Below, piece by piece: positions 28,307 through 38,071 of a stretch of DNA of 64,000 nucleotides (position 1 is its first letter; the number at the start of each line of letters is the position of its first letter). Below the pieces are notes generated by a model. That model saw nothing but the letters and a program-made list of their open reading frames with translations, did no database searches and was not told the DNA's origin. Made by a program: the position numbers and the translations under genes. The DNA is taken from the sequence record MW735835.1; one strand, written 5' to 3'. The stretch is from Pseudomonas phage pPa_SNUABM_DT01.

Positions 28307-28659
28307 AAACGGCAGTAGATCTCCACGTGCGTGTGAAAAGTGTCTACCTTGCTTCCACGCACCATTATAAACGCCTGAAGGGAGGCAAACAACTCAGTCG
28401 TATTCGCCGTTGTGTGAAGGACGTTACAACCGAAGTCAGACCCAAGCAGGACGCTGTTAATGGCATCAACCTGATCATCGAAGTCCGTGATCGTCAATTC
28501 ACGGGTCGTCTGGAAGGTGTCCTGTGCAAGAAGACCGGTACCATCAGCTTCGCGGTTGTCGATTCCCAGATGTCCAGTTACCTGAAGAAGAAACGCTTCA
28601 ATGTAATTGGTTATGAACTCGAAGCCCGCCAAACCAACCTCAATCGCCGTAAAACGTAA
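28303..28659 (+). CDS. hypothetical basic protein (118 aa)
   Basis: ORF overlapping the upstream stop. Confidence 0.4.
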   Translation: MKTAVDLHVRVKSVYLASTHHYKRLKGGKQLSRIRRCVKDVTTEVRPKQDAVNGINLIIEVRDRQFTGRLEGVLCKKTGTISFAVVDSQMSSYLKKKRFNVIGYELEARQTNLNRRKT

Positions 28660-28670
28660 GAGAGATAACC

Positions 28671-28904
28671 ATGAGTGAGAACAAAAGCGCTGTAGATTTC
28701 ATCCTGGATCAGGCTGACCAGTTTGATCCGACCACCGTGCCCGGCTTTGAAGAGCGGGACAAGGCCGGTGAGTTCAAGAACAAGACCCCGTCCGAGATCC
28801 GCGAGATCCTCCTGAACGAAGCCGAGATGGAGGATTACAACCGCGAAGAGGCCGACGCCATGGAAGAAGAAGACCGTCGTAATGAGGAGCGCGATGATGG
28901 CTGA
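28671..28904 (+). CDS. small highly acidic protein (77 aa)
   Basis: Net strongly negative, ending EEADAMEEEDRRNEERDDG. Confidence 0.4.
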   Translation: MSENKSAVDFILDQADQFDPTTVPGFEERDKAGEFKNKTPSEIREILLNEAEMEDYNREEADAMEEEDRRNEERDDG

Positions 28905-29205
28905 GAAAGACGATCAGCTGGCTGAAGACCTGCGCGTACCTGTCGGCGGTTTCTCGGTCAGCACTCAGCTGAAAGCGCAGCTGTCCGGCGTCAAGAAGCT
29001 CCTGGAAACCGACTACTCCAAGTTCAAGGAGAAGAAGGCCTACAGGCTGAAGAAGATCCCGGACGCCGCCTACTTCATCAACTACATCGCCGTGTGCCCG
29101 AACAGCGGTCTGCCAATGGCCCTGGGCTTCACGGTGACCACCACTGGCTACGCTCCTCAGGCAATGCTGCTGAAGGACCTCAAACCGGAAGAAGTGTTCT
29201 TCTAA
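28894..29205 (+). CDS. hypothetical protein, paralog A of a tandem pair (about 103 aa)
   Basis: gaggag RBS then ATGATG. Shares FK.K..YR....DA.YFIN.I...MP.A.GF...L.P..ML..L..EVF with the next gene. Confidence 0.45.
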   Translation: MMAEKDDQLAEDLRVPVGGFSVSTQLKAQLSGVKKLLETDYSKFKEKKAYRLKKIPDAAYFINYIAVCPNSGLPMALGFTVTTTGYAPQAMLLKDLKPEEVFF

Positions 29206-29214
29206 GGAGTTGTC

Positions 29215-29538
29215 ATGTCGCTGAAAGAAGACGATCCCTGGGCAGGGACGATCGACCTCACTCAGGCCAGTTTCGGGCGAGGGCGCGAGATCAAGGTCCA
29301 GTTGATGGTGGCGCACCAGTTGGCCACCATGGATTTCAGTGGTTTCAAGGCCAAGCACTGCTACCGGGTGCGTGGTCAAGAAGATGCTGTCTTCTACATC
29401 AACGAGATCCAGAAGCACCACGAATCGGCCATGCCGGAAGCCTGCGGGTTCTTGTGCATTCCCGGCTCCCTGAAACCTGCCCGTGTCATGCTCACTGAGT
29501 TGGGCGGGGAGGTGTTCATTGGTCCTTCCGTACTCTAA
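29215..29538 (+). CDS. hypothetical protein, paralog B of a tandem pair (107 aa)
   Basis: Paralogous to 28894-29205 by motif alignment. Confidence 0.45.
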   Translation: MSLKEDDPWAGTIDLTQASFGRGREIKVQLMVAHQLATMDFSGFKAKHCYRVRGQEDAVFYINEIQKHHESAMPEACGFLCIPGSLKPARVMLTELGGEVFIGPSVL

Positions 29539-29569
29539 GCAGAAGCCATCTGTTGGTGGTCTGGCGCTG

Positions 29570-29782
29570 ATGGTTCCGGCCAACGACAACAAGCCAGACT
29601 TCGTCATCATTGGCGACCATACCAGGCTCTCCGTCAAGGCGTCTCTCTGGTTCAAGGTACGGGCAACCGTTCAGCACCAGTGGGCCTACGATCAACTCAA
29701 GAAGTTCGCTGAAGCGAATGAAATGAGTGAGCCGATCTTGGTCATCATCGATTACGACCACCAAGTCATCAAGCCGAAATAG
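29570..29782 (+). CDS. small hypothetical protein (70 aa)
   Basis: Internal ATG of tracked ORF 29483-29782. Start uncertain. Terminator at 29783-29810. Confidence 0.3.
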   Translation: MVPANDNKPDFVIIGDHTRLSVKASLWFKVRATVQHQWAYDQLKKFAEANEMSEPILVIIDYDHQVIKPK

Positions 29783-29810
29783 AGGAGAGGCCTTCGGGCC
29801 TCTCCTTTTC
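29783..29810 (+). terminator. intrinsic terminator AGGAGAGGCC-TTCG-GGCCTCTCCTTTT
   Basis: 10-bp stem + U-tract after the stop of 29570-29782. Confidence 0.6.
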
Positions 29811-29829
29811 ACCATCGTGAGGGAACGAC

Positions 29830-30639
29830 ATGTACACTGCCAAGTCTTCAGGGATCGTGCAATACAACGCAAACGACAGTCGCGTTGAGATCCTGCGGCC
29901 GGTCAACGCATCGGAACGTGCAAACCCCGAATCCTTTTATCAGCTTGAGGAATTCCTCACTGGTACCGTGATCCAGATGGTCGCTACCAAGGACCTCAAT
30001 CACTTCCGCCAGCATGAGAACCTGCATGTCTGGGGTAAAGAACTCTACACCATGGAGATGTACGTCAACCTGCTACGAGATGTGCACCGCATGGTGATCG
30101 TTCATGGACCTAATACCGAAGTCTTCGGTCCACAACCAGATCAGGGCTTCATCATGAAGTCCATCGGCAACAAGATGCACGTCGGGATGCAAGTGACCAA
30201 CCAAGCGGTGTTAATGGCCTTGGACACGCACATCGCCGGTATCATGGCAGATGGCACTATCCTGCGTGAAGGGACGGTGTCTTCGTTTGACAGTTTCGTC
30301 GCAATGGCTCAGCAACGTGTCGATAACGCGTTATCAATCATCACCACGGAGGCTTCTGGCTGCTTGCGTCGACAATGGGACCAAGCTGCTGGGTTGGAGA
30401 TCCATGAGATCCAGCACTTCTACGTTCGCAACACGTCGACAGACTGGAAGGACTACCTCGACCTGCAACGGGTCATGGACATCCTCAACGTCTCGCACAC
30501 CACCATCAATCGTTACCGAGCTGGGCAAGTCCCTGCGGGTTGCGATCCCTTCCCCAAACCTGACCGCTTTCGTGGTCGGTCCCCGTACTGGCATAAGAAC
30601 ACCATCGATGGCTGGATCGTCCGCCGGGTAATGGAGTGA
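29830..30639 (+). CDS. protein with C-terminal AlpA-type (MerR-like) HTH DNA-binding domain (269 aa)
   Basis: C-terminus ILNVSHTTINRYRAGQVPAGCDPFPKPDRFRGRSPYWHKNTIDGWI matches the Phage_AlpA pattern (..stiyr....g.FPkP...g.r...W....i..Wi). Confidence 0.5.
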   Translation: MYTAKSSGIVQYNANDSRVEILRPVNASERANPESFYQLEEFLTGTVIQMVATKDLNHFRQHENLHVWGKELYTMEMYVNLLRDVHRMVIVHGPNTEVFGPQPDQGFIMKSIGNKMHVGMQVTNQAVLMALDTHIAGIMADGTILREGTVSSFDSFVAMAQQRVDNALSIITTEASGCLRRQWDQAAGLEIHEIQHFYVRNTSTDWKDYLDLQRVMDILNVSHTTINRYRAGQVPAGCDPFPKPDRFRGRSPYWHKNTIDGWIVRRVME

Positions 30640-30641
30640 TC

Positions 30642-30663
30642 GAGGGAGCCTTCGGGCTCCCTC
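30642..30663 (+). terminator. hairpin GAGGGAGCC-TTCG-GGCTCCCTC
   Basis: After the stop of 29830-30639. Followed by an AT-rich region upstream of the tail-fibre genes. Confidence 0.5.
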
Positions 30664-30756
30664 TTATGCCGCCTCGCCTATTTATTTTTTCCAAGATATC
30701 CCTATGTACCGCTTTCTTTAATAAGCCTGTTAAGGCTCCCAAACAGGTAGTAAATC

Positions 30757-31674
30757 ATGCCGCCCAGCTTTGAAACACTCAAGACGAAGTTCATGGCGCT
30801 GTTGGTAGCGATCTCTGAGCACCTGGACACCAAGCTGGACAAAACCAGTGCCGCTGTCAGCGCAGATAAGCTTACCAATCCGTTCAGCCTGACTCTCAGT
30901 GGTGATCTTTCTGGTAACGTCTTCATCCAAGGCAATACCAGCATCAACTGGAATGTCACTCTCGTGAATTCCGGCGTTACCGCCGGGGTCTACCCAAAAG
31001 TCACTGTCGATGCCAAAGGCCGTGTGACTGGTGGCGAACTACTTATCGCGGCAGACATCCCTTCCCTAGATGCGGCCAAGATCGGTTCGGGTACCTTTGC
31101 CGTTGCTCGCATTCCGACACTCGATGCATCGAAGGTGGGTACGGGTGTGTTTGACCCTCAGCGTATCCCACTGCCCACTAAACTGGCCGCATCCCGTTCC
31201 TTCACCATGACAGGCGATGGTGATTGGTCGGTCAGTGGTGACCTCAGTGGTAACCTGACCGGCGTCCTGACCCTGGCCAACTCCGGTGTCGTTGCGGGTA
31301 CGTACGGTGGGGCTACTCAGATCCCCCAAGTGACTGTGGATGCCAAAGGCCGTATCACGGGTGTCACGCTGGTGAACATCAAGGCCCAAACGGCCATCCC
31401 GGTGAACGAATACGTGACTGTGGCAGCAGGTGGCGTGAAGCAGTACGACCTGCAAACCCTGCTCGGCGCAGGTCATGCCAGCTTCGACAAGAAGACTGCT
31501 GAGATCTGCGTCCGTGCCAAAGACACCAACAGCGCTTCGCCGATGTACCAGGCGTACGCCAACGCAGAAGCACTGGTCAGTGCGGGCATCAAGGACGAAC
31601 GCTACGTAATCATCGCCAACCAGTCCACTTCCGCGCTGGACCTGTTCGTCAAGGTCCTTGTACATCCTCTTTAA
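30757..31674 (+). CDS. tail fibre protein with internal Phage_fiber_2-like repeats (305 aa)
   Basis: Two repeats: SGDLSGNVFIQGNTS...VNSGVTAGVYPKVTVDAKGRVTGG and SGDLSGNLTGVLTLANSGVVAGTYGG...VTVDAKGRITGV. N-terminus is similar to 46430-47590. Confidence 0.6.
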   Translation: MPPSFETLKTKFMALLVAISEHLDTKLDKTSAAVSADKLTNPFSLTLSGDLSGNVFIQGNTSINWNVTLVNSGVTAGVYPKVTVDAKGRVTGGELLIAADIPSLDAAKIGSGTFAVARIPTLDASKVGTGVFDPQRIPLPTKLAASRSFTMTGDGDWSVSGDLSGNLTGVLTLANSGVVAGTYGGATQIPQVTVDAKGRITGVTLVNIKAQTAIPVNEYVTVAAGGVKQYDLQTLLGAGHASFDKKTAEICVRAKDTNSASPMYQAYANAEALVSAGIKDERYVIIANQSTSALDLFVKVLVHPL

Positions 31675-31684
31675 GGACTGAGCC

Positions 31685-34375
31685 ATGGCTGATATTTCCT
31701 TTGATGTGGCAGAAGGGTACTATCTAGCGCCCTTCACTGCCAACATGCTCTTGAGCGCCAATGTTCAGAGCTTGCAGTTCAGTGTCAACGGGGCACCGCC
31801 TGCCATTTCTAAGTACATCGCGTACGACACCCTCACTCCTCCGAACCCGTTCATCGCGGTGACCCAGGACGGTACGGGTAACGTGGTGTACGACGGTGGT
31901 TTCCCGAAGTTCTACAACAGTGTGGCTCCTGTGGCGGGGATCAATGCCTCGATCACCATGGAGTTCAAAGCCACTCGCACTGCTGGCGCCACCGGTAACA
32001 CGTACTACTACGATGCGTTCACCAACAAGAACGTCACCATTGCTATCGGTGACAAGTTGGTGTACGACATGTTCCAGGATAACATCGACGCCCGGGTCGG
32101 TATCGATGCTATCACTGCGGCTAACCCACAGACCGATCCTGCGACGTATTCCCTGCGTGATTGGGGATGGCCCACCTCTGGTTCCATTAAGGACCAGAAC
32201 GGTTTGGCAGCGCACCCTAGCACCGCCCTGGGCACCCTGCCCGTCGGACAATGGTACCACCGTGAGTTCGACCTGTCGCAGTGTGCCGGTCACACCTTCA
32301 TCAAATGGTCGCTGGCCTACGAAGGTGAAGTGGCAGGTACGTTTGCCACCCGTTTCCGTGACATCTACATCCTGGACCGTGATGGCAACATCAAGGCCAC
32401 CTTGTTCAAGGATGTCATTGACCTGCCCAACAGCTCGTCTGCTGAAGCAGGGGCTTCGGGTTACACCAACCTGAGCAAGACCCTGTACGACCCACGGTCT
32501 CAGTTGTCTGCATCATTCAAGTACCTGTACAACGCCATCAACTGGGTAGCCAACCCCAAGAAGGTGGCAGCGGGTAACCGTAAGATCCTGATTTTGGGTG
32601 ATGCCATCTCCACGGGCTCTTATCCAGTCAAGGGGACGACAGCAAGCGGGTTCAACACCAGCTTTACTCGCTTGTGCGCAGCGGCTGGTTTCACGCCGAC
32701 GTTTAAGGACATCTCTGATTACGCCGGTAGTCGACTTGACCCGACTGCTGCTGAACTGAGTCAGTACACCTGCGTACTGCTGATGTCTTCGCAATCCGGT
32801 AACATCGCTTACATCACCGATGCTGCGGTGCAGAACTTGCTGGCATTCCGAGAAGCAGGTAACGGCTTGATCGTGGTGACCGACCACGGTCCTGTCATCA
32901 GCGATATCGCTCAAGCCAACAACACCGCACTAGGCTCGGCCTTCTTCTGGACAGCAAACAAGCTGATCAGTCAATTTGGCGCGTACTTCAGTGGTGACTA
33001 CAACCGTACGCCTGTGAACGTGGGGTTCCTTCGTTCAACGTACGGCGATCATCCTCTGTATGCCGGCATGACCAACGCTGAGAACATCAGTGCAGGTGGC
33101 TCCGAGAGCCGGGTGCAGGTGGCGATCTATCCATCGCTCACGCCTGGTCAAGTGGCTCCGTTCAACATCGGCAACGGTAAGACGGTGATCCAAGTCACCG
33201 CCACGTTGAACAGCGGTGATATCGTCAGCTACAAGATCACCTACAACGTCGTGACGTTCAAGATCTCCTTCTCGGATGGGACTCAGATCCGGGATAACGG
33301 CCAGACCATGGACGTGGGAGCGAAGAACCAATCCCTCATCAACGCGGTCTTGGTGGGTTCTCTCGACCAGGCGGTTAACGGCATCGTCTACAAGAACGGT
33401 GTTCGTGTAGGGGCTGTCACGTACACTGTTGCCGGTGGTCTAGTACAGACCTGGGACGATTCAAGCGCAGGTGGGGTGAAGGTACAGAACTCCGACAAGT
33501 TCACTGTGATCATGGGCGCTCCCCTGAACATGACCAGTGAGATCACCATCAAGCGATTCCAACCTATCACGGTTCGTGGTAAGAAGGACCTCGCCGACAT
33601 CATGAACACCCTGCGGACGTTCAAGCCTGAGTTGACTGACATCAAGCGGGTTGGAGCAATCATTGCCGACATCGCTGCTGGTGCCCCTGGGCTTGGGATT
33701 ACCCACTCGGTTAACATCCCGCTCAACCTGAAACTGTTGGGCGACCACTTCAACAACGAAGGCCGCACATCCGCTGACCACATTTGGAAACTGGAAGCCG
33801 ACCTTGCAGACCTCATGGGAACCAAAGCAGCAGTTGCAACCGGAGCAATGAACTACGTCACCTTCGGTGGCAAGAACGCATTGAAGTTTACGCCGGGCAG
33901 CAACGCATGGGTGACCATCAACAACCTGAAATTCGGTACCGGTCCGTGGTCGGTGAACCTCTGGTACAACCCAGTCAACTTCACTGATTACCACCACCTC
34001 CTCTCGACACCGGACAACGCGACACTCATCTTCAAGATAGGCAAGAACACTGACCCAATCGCAGCGGCCAAGCCTTATGTAGTCGCGAGTTCGTTCAACG
34101 TCGCCGGAGGTAAGGTTGGAGCTGATTTGGTTACAGCGGGGGCTTGGTCGATGTTCACGTTCACGTTTACCGGGTCTTCTTTGAAGATCTACGTGAACGG
34201 CGTACTGAAAGGTGACTTCGCCGTCACCATGAACGTACCTCTGTCCAATTTCAAGATTGGACATTACACGAACGGGACGACCACCGAGCAATCCAACGGC
34301 TATCAGCGTGACCTGTCCATCTACAGTCATGCCTTGACGACCAATGAAATACTCGAACTGTACGCTTCTGGATAA
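31685..34375 (+). CDS. large tail fibre / tailspike-like protein (896 aa) with C-terminal LamG-like jelly-roll
   Basis: Largest ORF, in the tail-fibre module. C-terminal region (WSVNLWYNPVNFTDYHHLL...SLKIYVNGVLKGDF) resembles concanavalin/LamG folds. Overlapping minus ORFs are shadows. Confidence 0.6.
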   Translation: MADISFDVAEGYYLAPFTANMLLSANVQSLQFSVNGAPPAISKYIAYDTLTPPNPFIAVTQDGTGNVVYDGGFPKFYNSVAPVAGINASITMEFKATRTAGATGNTYYYDAFTNKNVTIAIGDKLVYDMFQDNIDARVGIDAITAANPQTDPATYSLRDWGWPTSGSIKDQNGLAAHPSTALGTLPVGQWYHREFDLSQCAGHTFIKWSLAYEGEVAGTFATRFRDIYILDRDGNIKATLFKDVIDLPNSSSAEAGASGYTNLSKTLYDPRSQLSASFKYLYNAINWVANPKKVAAGNRKILILGDAISTGSYPVKGTTASGFNTSFTRLCAAAGFTPTFKDISDYAGSRLDPTAAELSQYTCVLLMSSQSGNIAYITDAAVQNLLAFREAGNGLIVVTDHGPVISDIAQANNTALGSAFFWTANKLISQFGAYFSGDYNRTPVNVGFLRSTYGDHPLYAGMTNAENISAGGSESRVQVAIYPSLTPGQVAPFNIGNGKTVIQVTATLNSGDIVSYKITYNVVTFKISFSDGTQIRDNGQTMDVGAKNQSLINAVLVGSLDQAVNGIVYKNGVRVGAVTYTVAGGLVQTWDDSSAGGVKVQNSDKFTVIMGAPLNMTSEITIKRFQPITVRGKKDLADIMNTLRTFKPELTDIKRVGAIIADIAAGAPGLGITHSVNIPLNLKLLGDHFNNEGRTSADHIWKLEADLADLMGTKAAVATGAMNYVTFGGKNALKFTPGSNAWVTINNLKFGTGPWSVNLWYNPVNFTDYHHLLSTPDNATLIFKIGKNTDPIAAAKPYVVASSFNVAGGKVGADLVTAGAWSMFTFTFTGSSLKIYVNGVLKGDFAVTMNVPLSNFKIGHYTNGTTTEQSNGYQRDLSIYSHALTTNEILELYASG

Positions 34376-34386
34376 CGGAGAATAAC

Positions 34387-34836
34387 ATGAGCGTCGCTCT
34401 TCCCAAGTTCACTGAACCGCTCGAGGAGATCCACTACCTCAAAGCGTTCTCAAACTTCGACACGCGTCAAATCGGCAAGCGTCAGTACATGATGCTTGAA
34501 GAGTTCTCGTTCGACGACGAAGTCTTCGGCAAGATCACTGTACCGAAAGGCTTCGTTACCAACTACGCCTCCCTGGATGCATTGCGCAACATCGTCCTCT
34601 TCCCGGTCTACGCTCTGCTGGCCGATTACGGGGACATGTCCGCGACCATTCACGACTACCTGTACAGCAAAGGCAGCCGAATCACCGTCAACGGTGAGTT
34701 GGTGCGCCCGACCAAAGAACAGGCAGACGAGATCTTCTACCGCGCCCTGCGCAGTGAAGGCATCGCTCGGTGGCGTGCAGGTATGTTCTTCTACGGCGTG
34801 CATCTGTTTGCAGAAGACGCTTACGAAGAAGACTGA
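34387..34836 (+). CDS. DUF1353-like protein (149 aa)
   Basis: KITVPKGFVTNYASLDALRNIVLFPVY resembles the DUF1353 motif (vP.GF.TD.aSiP). Confidence 0.45.
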   Translation: MSVALPKFTEPLEEIHYLKAFSNFDTRQIGKRQYMMLEEFSFDDEVFGKITVPKGFVTNYASLDALRNIVLFPVYALLADYGDMSATIHDYLYSKGSRITVNGELVRPTKEQADEIFYRALRSEGIARWRAGMFFYGVHLFAEDAYEED

Positions 34837-34847
34837 AGGATCTCATT

Positions 34848-35537
34848 ATGCGCATCCTGTTGATGGCCGCGGCAAACAGCAAGAATGGTTACCCGACCGA
34901 TGTCCTCGCTGACATCATCAGCCAGTTCACGTTCAAGAACAACTCGATCGTGGATGAGAAATCTAAACGCAACCTCACCTTCACAGGCGGTGCGTCGGTG
35001 GTTGATGGTCAGGCCGTGGTCCCACATGGGACTGGTAAATACACCCAAGTGGCGATTGACTACTTTGGTGCGGGAGACTTCACCTACGAAATCCACTTCA
35101 CCAGGACTAATCCCGTTTCGGGTGAGGGCATGGTATTGCCTTGTCATTGGGCAAACGGTGGACTTACCAGCGACGATAACCGCTTCAGTGTGTTGGTTGC
35201 TCCAGATGGTTCGATTGGGGTCTGTTTCGCCACCTCGGGCGCAGCAGGCGCTTATACGTGGCGCGCTAGTGCGGCGAATGTCGTGGGTGTTCTCAACAGG
35301 GAATACCATGTGGTCGTCGAGCGGTATAACGGGATCATCAAGGTCTTTGTTGACCGTGTCGAAGTGTTGTCGTGGAGTCAGCCTGCTCCGCTCTGGGCCA
35401 CGACCGGCAACTACCTCAGAGACACCTATAGTGGCACAGGTAACGCAGGGCACAAATGGCGTAACCTCCGGGTTGCTAAGCGTGCGCTCTACAAACACGT
35501 CATTCCGGCATTCGTGCCGTTCCCAGCGATTCCGTGA
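34848..35537 (+). CDS. LamG/concanavalin-like lectin domain protein (229 aa)
   Basis: aagga RBS 7 nt upstream. Jelly-roll-like sequence FTYEIHFTRTNP...YHVVVERYNGIIKVFVDRVEV. Terminator at 35546-35567. Confidence 0.5.
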   Translation: MRILLMAAANSKNGYPTDVLADIISQFTFKNNSIVDEKSKRNLTFTGGASVVDGQAVVPHGTGKYTQVAIDYFGAGDFTYEIHFTRTNPVSGEGMVLPCHWANGGLTSDDNRFSVLVAPDGSIGVCFATSGAAGAYTWRASAANVVGVLNREYHVVVERYNGIIKVFVDRVEVLSWSQPAPLWATTGNYLRDTYSGTGNAGHKWRNLRVAKRALYKHVIPAFVPFPAIP

Positions 35538-35545
35538 CAGGCATA

Positions 35546-35567
35546 GAGGAGGGCTTCGGCCCTCCTC
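35546..35567 (+). terminator. hairpin GAGGAGGGC-TTCG-GCCCTCCTC
   Basis: After the stop of 34848-35537. Confidence 0.5.
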
Positions 35568-35588
35568 ATTTATTCGATTCGAAATATT

Positions 35589-35612
35589 TTCAACGATACA
35601 TAGTAGCAGTGA
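35589..35612 (+). promoter_or_regulatory. 24-nt dyad motif copy 1 (TTCAACGATACATAGTAGCAGTGA)
   Basis: One of 5 near-identical intergenic copies. 54 nt upstream of the ATG of 35666-35875. Confidence 0.45.
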
Positions 35613-35665
35613 GTAGGAAGAATAATCTACCTATCTCACTTACCCAACTCTCTGGAGAGACTACT

Positions 35666-35875
35666 ATGTACACTGTTAAACACAACCGCATCATCGACAA
35701 CTACATCGAGCTGCTGAAAGCTGGTCTGGAAAAAGCCATGGCTACCTTCATCGCTCGTGCTCTGTCGGCCAAAGTGATCCTGGACGTCGCTGTTAGCGAT
35801 ACCGGTATCCACCTGAACATCTGGGACAACGAAACCACCAGCGAGAAAGCTGTGGTCTTCGCGTTCAAAGCGTAA
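35666..35875 (+). CDS. small hypothetical protein (69 aa)
   Basis: ggagag RBS. Preceded by the 24-nt dyad motif at 35589-35612. Confidence 0.4.
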   Translation: MYTVKHNRIIDNYIELLKAGLEKAMATFIARALSAKVILDVAVSDTGIHLNIWDNETTSEKAVVFAFKA

Positions 35876-35975
35876 GGAGAAAAGGGGATGTACTTCCCTT
35901 TTCTTTTTTCTTTTTTGCCTGGGTTTAACAGCCAAATCCCTATGACATAAACCAATCGGCATCAAAGGAACGACC

Positions 35976-36638
35976 ATGCTCGATTTCAGTCCGCTTACGC
36001 TTGCGATCCAACGCTTTACCGACAACATCAAGACCCTCCTGTCGTCTGCTCCCGTTGTGTACGTGGGCGAATACAAAGGCTGGGCTCCGAGCACCATTCC
36101 GACTGGCTGGCTGCTGTGCGACGGCAGTGCAGTGAGCCGTACCGAGTACGCTGACCTCTTCGCTGAGATCGGCGTTGCGTTCGGAGCAGGAGATGGTAGC
36201 ACAACCTTTAACCTGCCTGACTTCCGTGGTCGAGTGCCTCGTGGTTTGACCGATCTCGAAGCCATGGGTTCAACTGGCGGTAGTGACGACGTTGTTCTCG
36301 TGGAGGGCAACCTGCCGGCGCACGCACACGCCCTTGGTGCAGAAGCCCAAGCCGATACCGTCATGAAATTGGCGACTACCGAGATCAGTCCTGTCAATGT
36401 CCCGACGAGCACGAAGAACGTCTTCGGACCTGCCTTCAGTGGTAGAACTCCAGTCACTACCTATACCGAACCCTCATCTCTTGCCAGTGGTGAGGCCAAT
36501 TATGGTTCTATCACTACGGATCTGTCGGGTGATACCAGCACTGTCGGTTCTGGTGATCCGGTCGACATCACGCCTTCGTATATCGGTCTCCGCTGGATCA
36601 TCGCCGCTGTCGGTGTACGGGCTACTGCTGTAGCCTAA
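35976..36638 (+). CDS. phage tail-collar domain protein (220 aa)
   Basis: GWLLCDGSAVSRTEYADLFAEIGVAFGAGDGSTTFNLPDFRGRVPRG matches the tail-collar signature (W..CDG......Y..LF..iG..yG.gdg.tTF.lPDlRGR). Confidence 0.65.
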   Translation: MLDFSPLTLAIQRFTDNIKTLLSSAPVVYVGEYKGWAPSTIPTGWLLCDGSAVSRTEYADLFAEIGVAFGAGDGSTTFNLPDFRGRVPRGLTDLEAMGSTGGSDDVVLVEGNLPAHAHALGAEAQADTVMKLATTEISPVNVPTSTKNVFGPAFSGRTPVTTYTEPSSLASGEANYGSITTDLSGDTSTVGSGDPVDITPSYIGLRWIIAAVGVRATAVA

Positions 36639-36653
36639 ACAGCAATAAGGATA

Positions 36654-36690
36654 GGGGATAGGGGCATTGCCCCTATCCCCATTTATTTAA
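36654..36690 (+). terminator. intrinsic terminator GGGGATAGGGGC-ATT-GCCCCTATCCCC + AT-rich tail
   Basis: 12-bp perfect stem after the tail-collar gene, then ATTTATTTAATGG. Confidence 0.6.
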
Positions 36691-36772
36691 TGGATTTTCT
36701 GATTATTCACAGGATACAAAACACCTGTCTTTGAAAACGTATGGAAAATACCCTATTTAGAAAGGTCTCGAC

Positions 36773-37315
36773 ATGACCACCTATTTAACCGAAATAGCCA
36801 GGTACGCTGCCAACCTCAAGACGCTACTGAACAACACAGCAGCCTTGATGAAAACTATCAGGGACTCGAACAGCTATCGCGCTCAAGATGTGTTCAGGAC
36901 GTTTATCATTGGTACTGGAGGTCCTTCAGGCACTGGCGGTACTGGCGACATGACTGTCGACAACCTGGGTCAGACAAACAACGTCTACCTCCACTTAAAA
37001 CTCCCCATCACCAACGCACAAGACAAGGTCTCCTTCCTGATGCGGATGGAAGGGTACAACTACGGTGCTAGCAAGATAATCAACGTAGCTTGGAGTGGTG
37101 GCATGAATGGTGGGAGTCTCCTCAAAGCCACGTCAGGGACCCATCCTGTTGATGTCTACGTCGACGCCAATGGCAACCTCGTGTGCTCGATCTTCTTCAC
37201 CAGTATCTACTACACGACTGTCAACATCGAGACCATGTGTCAAGACGACAGTAAACGAATCATCAGGGGTCAGCTTCAAGGTAAGGTTTCCCTAGCTTCT
37301 CAGATCAATTTCTAG
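36773..37315 (+). CDS. hypothetical structural-module protein, paralog 1 (180 aa)
   Basis: Paralogous to the next gene (YLHLK..., ...IFFTSIYYTTVNIETM versus LFPSIYYVTLEIDSM). Confidence 0.5.
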   Translation: MTTYLTEIARYAANLKTLLNNTAALMKTIRDSNSYRAQDVFRTFIIGTGGPSGTGGTGDMTVDNLGQTNNVYLHLKLPITNAQDKVSFLMRMEGYNYGASKIINVAWSGGMNGGSLLKATSGTHPVDVYVDANGNLVCSIFFTSIYYTTVNIETMCQDDSKRIIRGQLQGKVSLASQINF

Positions 37316-37888
37316 GTGAGTGCCATGACTCTAACCGCCTCGATACTCAACTACACGAGTAAAGTAAAAGCCAAGATAGACAAGATCATTGCAGACAAGG
37401 ACATCATCGGCACTGACAACGTCCGTGGTAGCATCTACCGCAATATCTTCAAGGGTTTCATCCGTACGGTCAGCACGCAGGAAGGTGGACCGAGTGTATC
37501 GGGCGATTTTCCTGCTGTCGGTACTCCGTTTGCAGATAACCTGAACATTTACCTACACTTCCGGATACCCTACAACATCAACGTGGATTCCAAGATGTTC
37601 TGGTTGAACATCCGAGGTTACTGCTTCGGGGGTTCCCAGATCATCGGCACGACTGCGGTCGGGTACAGCTACGCTCCTACCAAGCAACTCTTGAACACGC
37701 AAGTGTCCTCGGTTCAAACAGCTGAGCTGTACGCGGATACCAACGGAAACGTCGTACTGTCTATTCTGTTCCCCAGCATCTACTACGTCACGCTTGAGAT
37801 TGACTCCATGATGGTAGGGAACGGAACCCCGATCAAACGCGACATGTTGCAGGTGAAATACTCGAAGTCGAATCGCGTGGTGTTCTAA
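37316..37888 (+). CDS. hypothetical structural-module protein, paralog 2 (190 aa), GTG start
   Basis: Tandem duplicate of 36773-37315. Confidence 0.5.
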   Translation: MSAMTLTASILNYTSKVKAKIDKIIADKDIIGTDNVRGSIYRNIFKGFIRTVSTQEGGPSVSGDFPAVGTPFADNLNIYLHFRIPYNINVDSKMFWLNIRGYCFGGSQIIGTTAVGYSYAPTKQLLNTQVSSVQTAELYADTNGNVVLSILFPSIYYVTLEIDSMMVGNGTPIKRDMLQVKYSKSNRVVF

Positions 37889-38071
37889 ACCCTATTGTAT
37901 GTACAGGCAGTTGATACTGTCTAGTGAGGGGGTGATCCAGCACGAGTTTTGACCCGGAACGGTTTAGCCTCGACGGGAGTCAGTTGCATACGTTCCAACG
38001 GCGCCTGTACGACGACCCACGTGGCGGCGGTCACGTGGGTCATTTTGCCGCCTCTATCCCAGGGTATTGAA

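Noticed and set aside
28671-28904. Acidic 77-aa protein as an Ocr/DNA-mimic anti-restriction protein
   Set aside because: Only net charge supports it. No sequence similarity to Ocr/ArdA was recognisable. Kept as hypothetical.
31685-34375. SGNH-hydrolase motif (ILGDAIST) in the large fibre protein suggesting an esterase tailspike
   Set aside because: Only one weak block (GDAIS versus GDSxT/N). Other SGNH blocks not identified.
37889-38071. 180-nt intergenic gap with the CCACGTG...CACGTGG hairpin as a possible small RNA/tRNA
   Set aside because: Only a single 7-bp hairpin. No tRNA-like structure. More likely 5' UTR or terminator/promoter space for 38072-38446.
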